Positions 1 to 12,413 of a stretch of DNA of 64,000 bases are shown piece after piece (the stretch's first letter is position 1; every line of letters begins with the position of its first letter). The translations under genes were made by a program, and so were the position numbers. The notes beneath the pieces were generated by a model. The model did no database searches. It was given only the letters and a program-made list of their open reading frames with translations, and was not told the origin of the DNA. Origin of the DNA: Raillietiella orientalis (Eukaryota); NCBI GenBank assembly GCA_036172245.1, contig JAYWIR010000012.1, positions 868,001-932,000 of the forward strand, read 5' to 3'.

Positions 1-129
1 CTGCAGGCACACTATGTCTTGCTGTCCGATGTTCCGCATAATCCTTTTTCTTTTTCCTTGGTCGACCACACCGTTTACATTCCAGGAGGCGATGTTCAGC
101 CTCCTGGCGGTCGATAGGGAAGAGGCCAT
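1..129 (-). CDS. ORF2 N-terminus (APE endonuclease), partial
   Basis: Manual translation: IASWNVNG and DIVCLQ motifs, starting 14 nt after the ORF1 stop. Confidence 0.8.
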   Translation of the reverse strand, partial: MASSLSTARRLNIASWNVNGVVDQGKRKRIMRNIGQQDIVCLQ

Positions 130-142
130 AAAAGGGGAAGAC

Positions 143-2051
143 CTATTTCTTGGCCTTCCTGAGCTTCTTCTGTCTGAGAGAGCGTGCTCTTCCAGACGAT
201 GAAGAAGCAGCGGGCTTCTCGCTGCCGGCGTCACTCTCTGTTCCGGTGAGGTCCGTTACTTCCACCTCCTCCGTCGAGTGTTCGGCTCGGGCGATCAATT
301 TGCGAGATAGCGCTTTTATCTCGAACTTGGCGCAGAAGTTCGCCTTTACGTCGAGAAGCTGTTCCTCTAGCTTGTCGCGCTCGGTGACCTCCACAACCTG
401 GTTGACCTTCTCCTGTGCATTGCAGAACTTCTGCAAGATTTTCTCTTGCTGGGGACCGCTCTGCACCTCCATAACTTCCTACGCTAGTGTTGCCAACTCC
501 TCCGAGGACTGCAGGGCCTCCTGCGACACCGGAGTGGCTTCGGCTATTTCTTCTTCCGCGCCTTCCTGCGCCTTCCTCCATCTTCTCGCCTTCTTGCTCT
601 TCACCTTCCAGGATAAGAGGGGTTTCTTGCTCCTTGACGAGCATCCTCCTCTTTCCTTTCTTCCCTACCTGTATGAAGCCGTCTTCCGATACCGGGACGG
701 CTTCTTTCACCTTCTTCGGCCTTCCTGCCTTCTGAGGCTGTTCCGCCTCCTTGGTGTTTCTCTCTCTCACGGGAGAGAGACCTCGAATCCTTCTGCAGTT
801 TGCAAACTCCGGACAGCTCCATTTGGCATGTCCGTGTTTCTTGCAGAAGGAGCACATTTCCGGCTGCGGGCAGTTCCGGACTTGATGTCCTACTTTGCCG
901 CAGCGGAAACAACGACACGTTGGGCAAGCGCCGGCCCTGTGGCCGAACTGCTTGCATCCGGTGCAGAATACCGGTTGTTGCCGGTAACGCACGTTCACTC
1001 CCTGGGATTGTTCGTCAAGAACGGCTTATCCAGGGATCACAGCTCCCTCTTTCAACTTCATTTTGGCGATCATGTCGTTAGAAAATATATTTCCAGAGAA
1101 GTTCTGGAATTCAAGGTCCAGAACTTCCCCATACTGTTCCAAAAAGTTCCACACCGTTAGTTGCAGTGTGAGGATGGAGATGCCGTTCAGAAACACGGTT
1201 GTGCATGGCATCTCATTAATACCACAAACCATCCTCCCTTGTATATTGATTCCCTTCTGGATCAATCGCTCTCTAATATTTTCACAGTCTGTGAAGACTG
1301 TGAAACCGTTGTTTGCTGGTATGATCGCCTGTATGCGATCAAAATTCATGTCCGTCTTATCGAGAGACAGATACACCTCCCTGATATTATTGAACTTGAT
1401 CAGCCCAGTCTTGAAAATGATGGGCTTCACATTCGGCCCTCACTCCACGATCGGCCGATCCACCTTTTGGACTTTACCGCATAGCGGCTTCCCCAATTTT
1501 CTTGGTGGGTGGACACTCGCTTGTCCAGCCGCCACCGACGCATACGAAAAGGGCTGCGCCGCCGCAGCCGAACAAGATGGCGTCTCGCCCTGCACCGCGT
1601 GGACGCCCGCGGGTCCTGCCTGGGACGCCGCCGCCGCGAGCGCAACCCTCGACGTCGCCACCGTTGCCGCCGCGGGCGGCACCCTCGGCATCGCCGCCGC
1701 AGGCGCGGCCTTCCCCGCCGCGGGCACGATCCTCGGCGTCGCCTCCGCGGGCACGACCTCCGCCGTCGTCGCCGCGGGCACGACCCTTGGCATCGCCGCC
1801 GTCGGCGCAGCAAAGCCCGCCGCGTGCGCGATCCTCGGCATGCCTACCACCGCCTCGCGGTTGCCGCACGTTACCTCCATGGCTTCCATGGGGGACGACG
1901 GTCTCTCCACTCCTCCTCCAGGTGTCTGCATCCTGGCAGCTGGTCTTGCTGCACGGGACGACTGCAGGTCTTCCGCCGTGATAACCTCGGCGCTTCTTTT
2001 GTTGTTTTGTCTGGAAACTTTCCCTCTCCGGGCACACACGAGCACAATCAA
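143..2051 (-). pseudogene. Tx1-type ORF1 (gag-like, triple zinc knuckle), frameshifted
   Basis: ORFs 1440-2051, 1026-1430, 231-998 and 143-472 join into one protein; CTGCKQFGHRAGAC, CFRCGKVGHQVRNC, CSFCKKHGHAKWSC. Confidence 0.85.
1630..1845 (-). repeat. Degenerate coding tandem repeat (AxxPRVVPAA-like units) in ORF1 N-terminus
   Basis: Repeated CCGCGGGCACGA(T/C)CCTCGGC units. Confidence 0.7.
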
Positions 2052-2164
2052 CTGATTAATCGTCGCCGACTTGGCAGTAGAGGAGCAATCAGTGGACTGC
2101 CAAGAAGGTGACTACATTGCCGCCTTTTAAAGGCGTAACGAAAGTAACCCTCTAGAGGCCTCAG

Positions 2165-3828
2165 GTGAAAATCCCGGAGGTTTCCGCGACAAAAGTCGCG
2201 GAAGCCTCAAAAAATCGTGACGGCGAATGGAAGGTTGTGAAGAGGAGGAAAGAAAAATCTCCAAAGAAAGCTTCGCAACCTCCATACCTGAGGTCTTCCA
2301 AAGCAAAAACCTGTCGCGCGAATACGAAAACACGCGCGGCTGGTGCTTCTGCCCAGGAAAAAGCCAGCGCCTTGAACGCGTGCAAGTCTGCCTCTGTGAC
2401 CGCCGACAAGACGATTCCGGTGCGATCAGGCGGAAGCAAACGAACGCCGAGAGCGCGAGCATCAGACTCCGTAAAGGAGTCCGCTACGCCGCTGAACGAC
2501 GCGTTATTCGCGCCGGAGCGGGCGTCCGCAGGGCTGAAGCCCTCAGGCGTGGCACAACTCGCCTCGGAACGGCGGTGGCTCACCCCGGAACCTACAAGTT
2601 GGATTGCCTGCCGCCACATGAACATTAATGCATGGCGGCAGGAATCTTTTTCATCGTGGGCCGCTTCCGAAGGAATTCGCGCGGAAGATCTTCGACGCCT
2701 GCGACTTCTCCTGAGTCATCCCTTGGACGAAGTCATGCAGGACAAGAAGAACTCGGATCGTCTGGCCGCCACACCGCTCGCCACAGCGCTGTCTGCCCTC
2801 AGGGCAAGCAACGACGGTTGCCTACCGGCGGAATGGGAGTTCTCCTTCACAATAGCGGGAGTGACGAAGCTCCTCGGCGGCTGGACGACAAAGGAGCTGG
2901 TGGAAGCCGCCACTCCTCGGAATCGGGCGAAGGGCCTGCTTCGGTGGAGTGAACATTTAAGTGTAACCCCCGAAGTGATAGTGGTCCCCCCCGTTTGTTT
3001 GGACAGCTCCTTGTTCCCCTTAAAGTGGAAACATGATGTGACGCTCTTTTTACACTGGGGATTCCACTGTAATCGGCTGCGAAGCATCGTTCCCGGGGGA
3101 GCTGCTTCGCCAAACTGTTTGAGGTGCGGAGAGATCGAGTCTTTTCCGCACCTCTTGCTGGACTGCGGTGACCTCCGTGAACTGTGACGAAGGCTGATTT
3201 CAGCCATCATGCCGCAGGTAGGCCCTGCCATTGATGTGCTGCGGCGCTTCTTCAGCAGGAATGGACTTTCGGTAGGCGTGATTGTCGCAACCATGTGTTG
3301 CATTCGCGCCATCGTGAAGGCCCGCTACGCCCTGGAGTAGTCAGCGCAGCGAAGGGAGGCTCACCTGCTTGCAGCCGTATCCATGGAGAAGGCTGCAAGG
3401 TGGCCTCATCTTCGTGACGAGGTGAAAGAGGACATCGCCGGCATCCATCGCCGGTTTACAGACTTTTGAGAACGGCGTGATCCGGTGACCACTGCGACCT
3501 GTAGCCCACCCATACCCCATCCCCGTTCGCTCTGCTGAATTCCCGGTGCCATTTCTTTTATCCCGGTGCCTACCAGAGTGATCCCAAAGACTCTTGTCCC
3601 GGCATCCCCATTAATTGTTTCTCTTTTGTTTTTGTTTGTTTTTGTTTCCCGTCCCCACACACCGTTCCCAAGACTGTTATTCTGGCCTGCGTGCCAGCAA
3701 TATTCTCCTGATCCTTGTTCAGTCGTCGGTTGGGAGCCTGGTTCCCAACCTGTTTATTTTATATAATTGTGATTTTTCTTCTTTATATTATATGAAATAA
3801 ACGCCCCTGCGTGACCGGGTGGAAAATC
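2165..3828 (+). mobile_element. Tx1-like element lacking RT: ORF1-tail-like basic region, then ORF2 C-terminus and 3' UTR
   Basis: FPLKWK..LHWGF...CLRCGEIESFPHLLLDC (zf-RVT-like); T-rich UTR; terminal motif AATAAACGCCCCTGCGTGACCGGGTGGAAAATC at 3796-3828. Confidence 0.8.
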
Positions 3829-4390
3829 TCCTGCAGCAGCGCAAGGTCGAAGGATCCGAGCAGGGCGGCCATGTCTCGTCTCCTGCCGGCGTCTGTCATG
3901 CCGTTGACGTTCCAAACGGCGATGCGCAGACGGCGGCGGGAGGAGATTCCCGGCATTACTGCTGGGAAGTTGTCGGTGTGGGGGAAACCGCCTCTTCCGA
4001 GGCGGATGAGATGGCCATCAGAGTTTCGGCCTCCTCAAGCATATGAGGCACCTGTTCGACCTCCACCCCCTCCATCCCCTCCGTGTCCGAGCGTGGGAGT
4101 CTCTTGGTAGACGAGTCCCGCGATTCTCCCACACCCATGGCACCCTCGCTGCCGGAAGCCATCTCTTCCCCTTCGACGGGGGAATGATCTGCCGGGGATT
4201 CTTGGACTTACGTCCAGTCTTCCCCGGAGGATGCCGCGGCGACGGAAGGTGCTTTCCCTACTTTTCGTTCAGACTCCCGAGATCTCGGACCCCTTTTCGG
4301 AAGGCGGACGGCTTATGGCCTTTTTGGTGGCCTTGGAAGGTCGCTGCAGCGAGGCAGCGAGCTCCTCGGCCGCTCGCTCGAAAGTGACGT
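3829..4390 (-). mobile_element. Tx1-like fragment: ORF1 end plus APE start
   Basis: Minus strand reads MPGISSRRRLRIAVWNVNGMTD...FDLALLQE, cut at the LQE codons by the neighbouring element. Confidence 0.75.
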
Positions 4391-5568
4391 CATCGGTCGC
4401 GGGCGCGATGACGGACTCCGCCCCCTCGGTCCCCTCCTTTTTGATTGGTTGGCTGTTGACGCGCGCGCGATTCGGTCGTGTCTGACAAACGCTCCGCTCG
4501 GGAAATCTTTTTTCTCTTTCCAAGTGAATCATTTCTCGGCCGTGGCGAGTTACTCGCTACTGCACGGTTTTCGTACATTTTGTACCGTTGTTGGTGTTGG
4601 TGTTCTTTTTTTCTCTTTTTTCGTTTGAATAATAATATTGAATAAATAAACAAGTGTAATAATAGGAATCCAAAGTGTTTGTGTCTTTGCATCATCGTTG
4701 CTACATAAGGTAAGATCGTTGCAGTTGGAGTTTTCAACTGTACAAATACTTTGCGAATTTTTTTTGTGATCCCTTTTTAGTTGATTTTGACGTTACGAAA
4801 GCGAATCCCTTTTTTTTTTAGCCTGTAAAATTTATGTGAAAATTTGTTTGCATCTTGTAATTTTAAAGTTTGAGGTAATGCTGCCGAGGAACGCGAATTT
4901 TTATGCAATTTATTCTCTTAATTTGCTCTTGGTTTGTTTGTTTGTTTGTCTGTTTTTATAAAAACGATATAAAAGAAAAGAAAAGAAAGTAATGAATGAA
5001 TAATTGAAATAATATTAAAAATAAAATTGGATAAAGGTTGAATCAGCTGTTGCAGTAAGTATTAAGTATCGACCCGATTCAGTCCCAGCTGACTGTGACG
5101 TCATCGATCGACAGCTGAGCGATCTTGAAAGTTTATTGAATGTACTTTTAACGCATATTCCCTTTTTAAGCACATCATTTGTACGCGCTTTGGTGGAAAA
5201 ACTACGGACACTCACCTGAAAAGTTTGAATTAATTGATACGACTATTGATCAAGGAGTTTGTGGGAAATTTGATGGCAGTTTTTACCTGGATTTGAGATC
5301 TTCACTACAGTCTTCAGCCATTTTCTCGTTTTCGTTGTTGTTTTTTTGTTTTCTCCATTTTTTTTTATTTAGGTCTAGTTTTCACATGAAATGGCTCACT
5401 GTTTCTGTGAGGTGTTTGTTTGTTTGCTGCTTTCTTTGCTCCCTCACTTGGTCATTTTCTGGTGATTGTGTCATCTCACAAAGTTCCAAATTTAAGGTCG
5501 TTCCGTGTCCTGATGATTCTCTCCGTTCATATCCAACCTGTTTTTAATGAATATATGCACTTTCGAAA

Positions 5569-8500
5569 ATGACCACCAGTAATGTAAGGAGCATATCTTG
5601 TTTTTTGGATGGAAATAGGGATTTATATTTTCCCTTTGCTCTCCCTAGTCCGTGTCCCTGTCCCGTAGTAGGATGTAAATTTGCCTCCGCTGCAGAAGAT
5701 AAGCATAATAGATGGAGAAACTTAAAACAACATTTGAGCAGAACACATGGAGTGTTTCCATCAGAATGCTTTTATTTTTGTCCAACATGCTATTTCACCG
5801 TTAAAATGTCTTTCGTCCCTACTCCTGCTCACTGCTGCACAGGAATAAAAAAATTCCACACCCCTGCCTGTCCCACTACCACACTTCAGTTATAAATGCA
5901 ACCTTCGATCACAAACATCTCCGTAAAAAATCATAAATTGACCGTGCACGGCAAAAAGTCCAAGATGACGAATTGTTCCGAGCTATTTGAGGGATGCATC
6001 TCGGAGTTTAGTGACCCTTATCATCAACGATTGATGGCAGGTGGTGATGCCTCTCCTCAACTGGTTTCTCAATCTTCCTCTTATGATCAACCTTCACAGT
6101 CAATAAGTGGTGACTGTAAAATCAAAGCTTCCCATGAACTCATCGTAGCAATTAGGATTTTTCAAACCCATAAAGAGGCCTTTGAACCATTACCAAACGA
6201 AAGATCCTTTCTCATTCCTGAAGAAACCTCCTTAGAATTCTCAATGTGTAGTAATCATACAAGCCTTGCTCATACGCCTACTGCAACGAGATCGTACGCA
6301 GATGTTCTAAAAAAAACAGTCCTGTGGTTCGAATTCCACGTGTAACGGAAGAAATTAGATCCCATAATTCTCTCTCTAACTCACGTTTACAGATTCCCAT
6401 TCTGAAAGCACAGTCTATTTCTCATCCTTTATCTCCAAGAACAGTTACTCTCTACACACCTTCACCCTTTGGTAGTCCAATTCTCAAGGATAATCTAGAT
6501 TCTGTAAACCCGTGTGATGATGCCGATCATTCCGAAACTTTGAATTGATCAGCACTTCTACCTTCGCAAAGTCTCTAAAGGAAATCACGTCTTAGCATTT
6601 TCCCATCGGTTCCCATCCAAACATTATCACACATCGCTCTTCTCTCTTCTTCAAAGAGAGTGAATGACAACGAGATTCTCAGTCCCCTCATAGTTCAGTC
6701 ACCTGATTTCAAAATTCGGAGGCTTCCCGTAGTGACGAACCTTTGCCCCCTTTTACACCTTTCTTCTGAGCAAATTTTAACAGCCTCTGAGAATGTTATC
6801 TAAAAACCCACTGGGTATCCTGCTTCGGTAAATATACCCGAATCTTCGAGCTCGAAAGCAACAACGTTTAGTCACTTGTCTGATACTAATTCCAAGGAAA
6901 TTCTTCGTACAAAAATTTCCCCTTCGTTTAAAAAGGAGGTTACAATAGTCAGTCCTCCCCCTCAGCGAAACATTAGGCAATCCACAATGTCGCCGTCAGA
7001 AGGGACTTCTACCTCCATTTCTGGACACTCAGCAATTCAACCAAGTCGACCTGTGACTCCACCACTGAATTCTCTTTCTCTACCACCATTCCATAATAGT
7101 GAAGTAGCCTCAACTTCGAATAATCATTTACTTGTCCGATGCCCTGTGTCTCCCTTACTAAATTGTATCATTGCTACGTGTCCATGGTGTACTCAAACGC
7201 TGGTTGCCAAACGTACCGTTGCGTCTTTGAATAGGCACTTCAGAAGTGCATGCAATCTCCCGTTCTATGAACATTTATTAGTGTGCCGGCGGTGCAATGA
7301 AATCATTCAACTTCCCATCCGGCATCATCCCTGGCTCAAAATGCGCAGTACCCGAGCGTCCAAACTGGTCCAGCTACGACACAAATGTACTGTTGCAAAT
7401 TGTTCCGCTTCTTTCCCCTCTGAAATCAGCCCGAATAACCATTCAAGGTGGCATGAGAGGATCCGAAACAAAAACAAATTGGGAGAGCCTTCGCAGTTGT
7501 TCAAATCTATAAGGACTTCCTCAGATCGATTTGAAAGGTTATCTAATCTTGAAGCGGAAACGGAAGATTCTACTATGGAATGTCAAACAAAAGTCCCTTT
7601 TCGAGAAAGCATCCCGCCCCGTGACCATCGAACCCCCACTATGAGATTGGAATAGCCATTTACTAGGGATAACATTCCTGCAAATCAAAGCTTGCCTATT
7701 GATCAGAATACCTCATCGCCCTCTGCAAATCCGGTAACAGTGCAATTTTCAAGATTTCCTACCTCTTCAAGCCTGTTATCCAACTTCTCCTATACTTTCG
7801 AACACTGGGCAGCATCCACCCCAAACTGCGACTCGTGGCAATGTGTACTGAACTCATTTCATTCAATGATGGTGGCCATGAAAATAAAATTCAAGATTCA
7901 TTCTTCCCTCTCTTCTACTCCCTCAAAAAATTAAAAAGCGTTTTAGCCTGCGTTATCCAAACATTGATTGCAATCCCTGTATAAACGTAACAGGAAACGG
8001 GCAGTTCGAGCGATACTCAATCCAAATCCACTGACATTTGAAGGCTCCAGAGCACTTCTCGGAGAAGTGCTCCGTGAAAAATTTTCTGAGAAGTTTACGG
8101 CAAGTAAAATAGTTGATTATGTTGAAGATGTAACTGCCCATAATGATGTGGACTATATCTTCCCAACAAGTCAACATTGCACTGAATTCATGTATCGATA
8201 GCGCCCCTGGAAGTGACGGAATTGTATACTCCGTACTTCGTCGTGCAGATCCAGACGGTTCCTTTCTTGCTTCTCTATTCTCTGCTCGTTTACACCATCA
8301 CAGAATTCCAGATGATTGGAAATCCTCAAGAACAGTGTTCAACCCAAAATCAGGATCATCGGACTCCCTAAGCACCTTCCAATTCCGACCCATTTCCATT
8401 TCCAATACGATAGGTGAACTTTTTTCAAAAATCCTGGCTCGTCGATTGCCATCGTGGATTATCAGAAATGGCATATTAGGTCCCCACCAAAAAGGTTTCC

Positions 8501-10683
8501 TCCCATTCGACGGTGTGCTCGGACAGAAATTTGTCCTCGCTTCTTCCATCGAGGAATCACAAGTTCATCATAAAGATTTGGCAACTGCATGGATTGACAT
8601 AAAAGATGCGTTCACATCTTTTCCGCATAGCTTAATTCTAAATTCTTTATCGACATTTGGAGCTGGAGACCATTTCTGTTCCATGATAGCCGATCTTTTT
8701 TCGAATTCCTTTACCTTCATAAGGAAGGTCCCACCAATTCCATTCCAATTTGTGCAGGTGTTCGCCAACGATGTCCTCTGAGTGAACTAATTTTCAATAT
8801 CTCTATTGAAACAGTTCTAAGAATGTTACTCGTGGAATGCCCTAATGTTGCTCCCTTTGCATATGACATCGCATTAATGTCGGACTCACTTGACTCCATT
8901 CAAATAGCTGTAAACCTTCTAGCTGACCATATGAAACGAGTAAGGCTGGAAATCAATCCGAAAAACTTCGTTGCTTCTTCACCTTCTTCTTCACCTCTTC
9001 TTCACCTTTATACGTATATGGCACGCAAATTCCTTCTCTTGCCCACCCAGAGACTTATCTTGGTAAACCCATAGGATTCGACCCTCTGTTTTATGATGGT
9101 GCTGTGGAATCATTCATTCGTTCATTCAAAATTTTAACTGACTCCCTTCTCGCACCATGGCAAAAACTGGATGCCATTAAATCTTTCTTCCTCCCTTTCC
9201 TTGTTCATGACCTTCGCCTGTCCAAAAAAGCTTTGAGCTCGTGAGTTAGGCTCGACAAAATCATTTAGGATGTCCTGAAGCAGTCTATCCTTTCCCTCAC
9301 AAAAGGATCATCGAACAAATATCTCTATGGAAAACCAAGAGATGACTGCCTTGTCCCGATGATTCTTATCGAGGAAGCACGCTCAATGACGGTAGATTCC
9401 GCCTTCAAAGTGCTTACTTGCCGATACAGCAGAGTCGTCGACCTTGAAATGATGACGTTGTCAGACACTGTGAAGCAGAAGACCCATATCCCTCCCGACC
9501 TTACCCTCATTATCCGGTTTCTCAATGGGTGTTGTGTGGAACCCCTGAATCGCATGAGTGGTGACTCACGCACATTTTCCTCCGCGGTTAGGGAAGCATC
9601 CAAACATCTACCTATCAAATGGGGTTTTGAGGAGAACTGCATTACCATTTCCGTTCACTCTCCCACTACTGAAAACCCCAAAATTGTGTCTGCTTCACAT
9701 AGGAGGCAAATAGCAAGAAACATTCGCTCTTTTCTAAGAGACAAAAGGTGCAAATCTCTCTTTGCGAAGCCTGATCAGGGAAGAATAGGGGAATGCGTTA
9801 GCCTCCATCCCGCGTCCATGTCCTTCCTATCGAAGACTGATGGTATAAGATTTTCTCATTGGCGATTTATCCACAGAGCACGATTAAATTAGTTAGTGTT
9901 GAACGGAAGTCGAAAAGTGCCGTTTCTGCGGATATGAAAAAGAAACATTAGCGCATGTATTGTGCCACCGTCCCCGCCATTTGAGCTCCTCCATTACCAA
10001 AAGGCACGACTACGTAGCGGATTACATTTTTTCGTTACTGTCTCCAACGTGGCCAATTTCGTCTCATGACAAGAGAATCGAGACAGTAGAATCTTTCCTA
10101 CGTCCCGACATCTTCTTGCGTGGTGGAACTACAGAGATTATCGTAGATATCATTGTTCCCTTTGAGGATCGTCCCATTGCATTCAAAGGAACCAGAGAGA
10201 ATAAGATCACTACAAAATTCCTTACGTAACCAGGGCTTGAACGTGATCAATGACGCTATTGTCTTTGGTGCTCTAGGAAGCTGGGACCCCATTAATGACA
10301 ATCTACTGAAATCCCTAGGAGTAAACAATCATACTCTAAGAGATGTGGCAGCCCATTTATGCTACGCCACCATTTAGTTTTTCAGAGATATTTACTGTCA
10401 CCACGTCTCCACAATGGAAACAGCTCCAAACCTTACTGAAACTTCGATCTCCTCCCACATCCATGATGTCCACGGACCGACTTCTCTAATCCTGCATGAT
10501 GAAAATCCCAATGATTTTAATACCCCACTTGGACAAGGCGTAGCCATCCTTACTTCTCTTTGGGTTCCCTTTTCGTGGATAAACACTTTCCCTTTGACTA
10601 CAACAGTGCCAGTGTTTCTCACTTTCAACAAAATATGCCAGCTAGAACTTAATGACAACGGACTGTTTATGCAAAAAAAAAAA
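5569..10683 (+). mobile_element. Near full-length degraded RLE-type non-LTR retrotransposon (Utopia/NeSL-like)
   Basis: N-terminal C2H2-like fingers; RT motifs SAPGSDGI, FRPISISN, HQKGF, AWIDIKDAF; PWQKLDA; RFIHRARLN; CRFC..ETLAHVLCH; RPDI..IIVDIIVPFE; GALGSWDP; A-run at about 10673-10683; many stops and frameshifts. Confidence 0.9.
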
Positions 10684-10849
10684 TAGTCTAAAATAATCAA
10701 ATACTTATCTAAGGACATCTTAATACAAATGTTCCAAACTTTTACATTGTTACCCAATATTGCTCTATACGAGAGAAAACATGTATCTTAAATGCCGAAA
10801 TGAAAATATGTCAACAAACACAAAATATATCAACGGAGGGTTGCTCGTT

Positions 10850-12413
10850 GGCACCAGCCAATGTGCCGCACTGGTCGATGGGCTGCAAAGCTTTCCTGCC
10901 AACCTGGCTCTTGGCCGTCGTCCTCAGCCTTCTAGGAGTTTTCCGCCGGGGTCTCGGAGCTGGCCTTCGCCTTGGTCATCCAAATTTTTCCAATTCGTTC
11001 CGGACGGACTCCTTGGTCATCCGCCCTTTCGGGCAAAGGGAGCCCCCGAGTTCCTTTGATGGACGTGTGCGCTCCGCGTCGGGACGGCGGTCTTGGCCTC
11101 CTGACTCTGGGGTGGTTAGAAATTCAGCTGCAATGGCGTACCATGGCCATCGCAGCAATGTTTTGGAGCACCCCTTGGTGCGTACTGTCCCGCCTTCCCG
11201 CCGCTGTGTCTCCGGAACAAATGGAGTCGCGTCTTATCTTCTGTGCCTCAGCAAGAAGAAAAGAAGATGAGGTCTTTTCCTCGGACGCATGGTTACCCTG
11301 GCTAAAGAGAACGGCTGGATAGTCTGCTGCCCCCAACTCCACCGCATGTCTGGAAGAAACTGTTGGCACGTGGCGGTAGTAAATTAGAGCCAAGAAACGT
11401 GGAATCGCCTGCGATGCGGCCCCTGTGCCCGCTGCACTCTGCGGAAAATACTGGAGTATCCCTCTAGGAACACGTGGGCAGACACGACCTGCCTAGAACA
11501 GGGCTGCCCTTCCTACGCAGGGCTCTTGTCAGCAGCCGTACGCCGAGGTTGCAAGTCTCCTGGCATATCGCAGGCAGGGAGAAGTTGATGAGCGTTTGAA
11601 CCATAAGACAGCTGGAGGACGCCACGAAGCCGAGCGTCCTTCCGCGAGGGCTGAAGAAATGGGGCGAACTGCTCGGCATCCCGATGGATGACCTGATGTG
11701 CTTCCCAGTATTGAGAGATGCATCCTCCTTTCCTCTCAAGTGGCAGGATTCGGCGCTTCTGTTGTTGCACTGGAGCCTCCTCTGCATCGCGCGACGCCAC
11801 CACTGGACTCTGGGGAGGCTTAAACAGAACTGTGCAGTGTGTAGGGGAAAGGAATCCCTTTCGCACCTGCTAGTAGACTGTGTTGCCCTCCGGTCCTTAT
11901 GGGAACGGTTTGCTGAGACCCTCCGGATGCCGGTTGGCAGCATTCCTAGGGACGTCATGCGCCTCCTCTTCGTGAGGGATGGCCTGCAGATAGCAGCAGC
12001 CTTGGCAGCACTTTGCTGCATCCGCGGGATTGTAGCTGCTTGGAGCGGCTGCGACTCAGGAGGAAGCAACGAAAGGGACGTCATCGAATATGCAGTTCGC
12101 TTCTTGAGAAGAGCCATCCGATGGCCAACCTCAGGAGAATTCGGAAGGACCTTGCCGAGATCCTGTGAAGGATGCGTCCCGCCTCCAGCAGGCCGTGATC
12201 CCTTCCCTTCCCTTCCAGAGTGTTTTTTGTATCCGTTTTTATTTTATTTTTGTTTTTGTTCTCTCCCTATCCCACCCCGCTGCCGAGGAGAGTCCCGTCA
12301 ATCTGCGTATCAACTACCCGGCAGGTCCACTGTCTGATTGGTCGTACTGGGGCTTTGTACCAGGTTGTACCAGTTGTAATTTTTAAATGAACGCTTGACC
12401 AGGTGACAACATC
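10850..12413 (+). mobile_element. Tx1-like 3' fragment
   Basis: APRRDGGLGL, FPLKWQDSALLLLHW, CAVC..ESLSHLLVDC; terminal motif variant AATGAACGCTTGACCAGGTGACAACATC. Confidence 0.85.

Larger units (their letters stand above)
1..2130 (-). mobile_element. L1/Tx1-clade non-LTR retrotransposon, 5' half (ORF1 plus start of ORF2); continues beyond the window start
   Basis: ORF1 pieces with VRYRQQPVFC followed by three CCHC knuckles; ORF2 ATG at 129 reads MASSLSTARRLNIASWNVNG...QDIVCLQ (APE endonuclease N-terminus). Confidence 0.85.

Noticed and set aside
150..2111. Long plus-strand ORFs (336 aa, 330 aa, 200 aa)
   Set aside because: Antisense shadows of the GC-rich Tx1 ORF1
5035..5219. Possible host exon (KVESAVAV...LRTLT*)
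   Set aside because: No recognisable domain and no convincing splice partners
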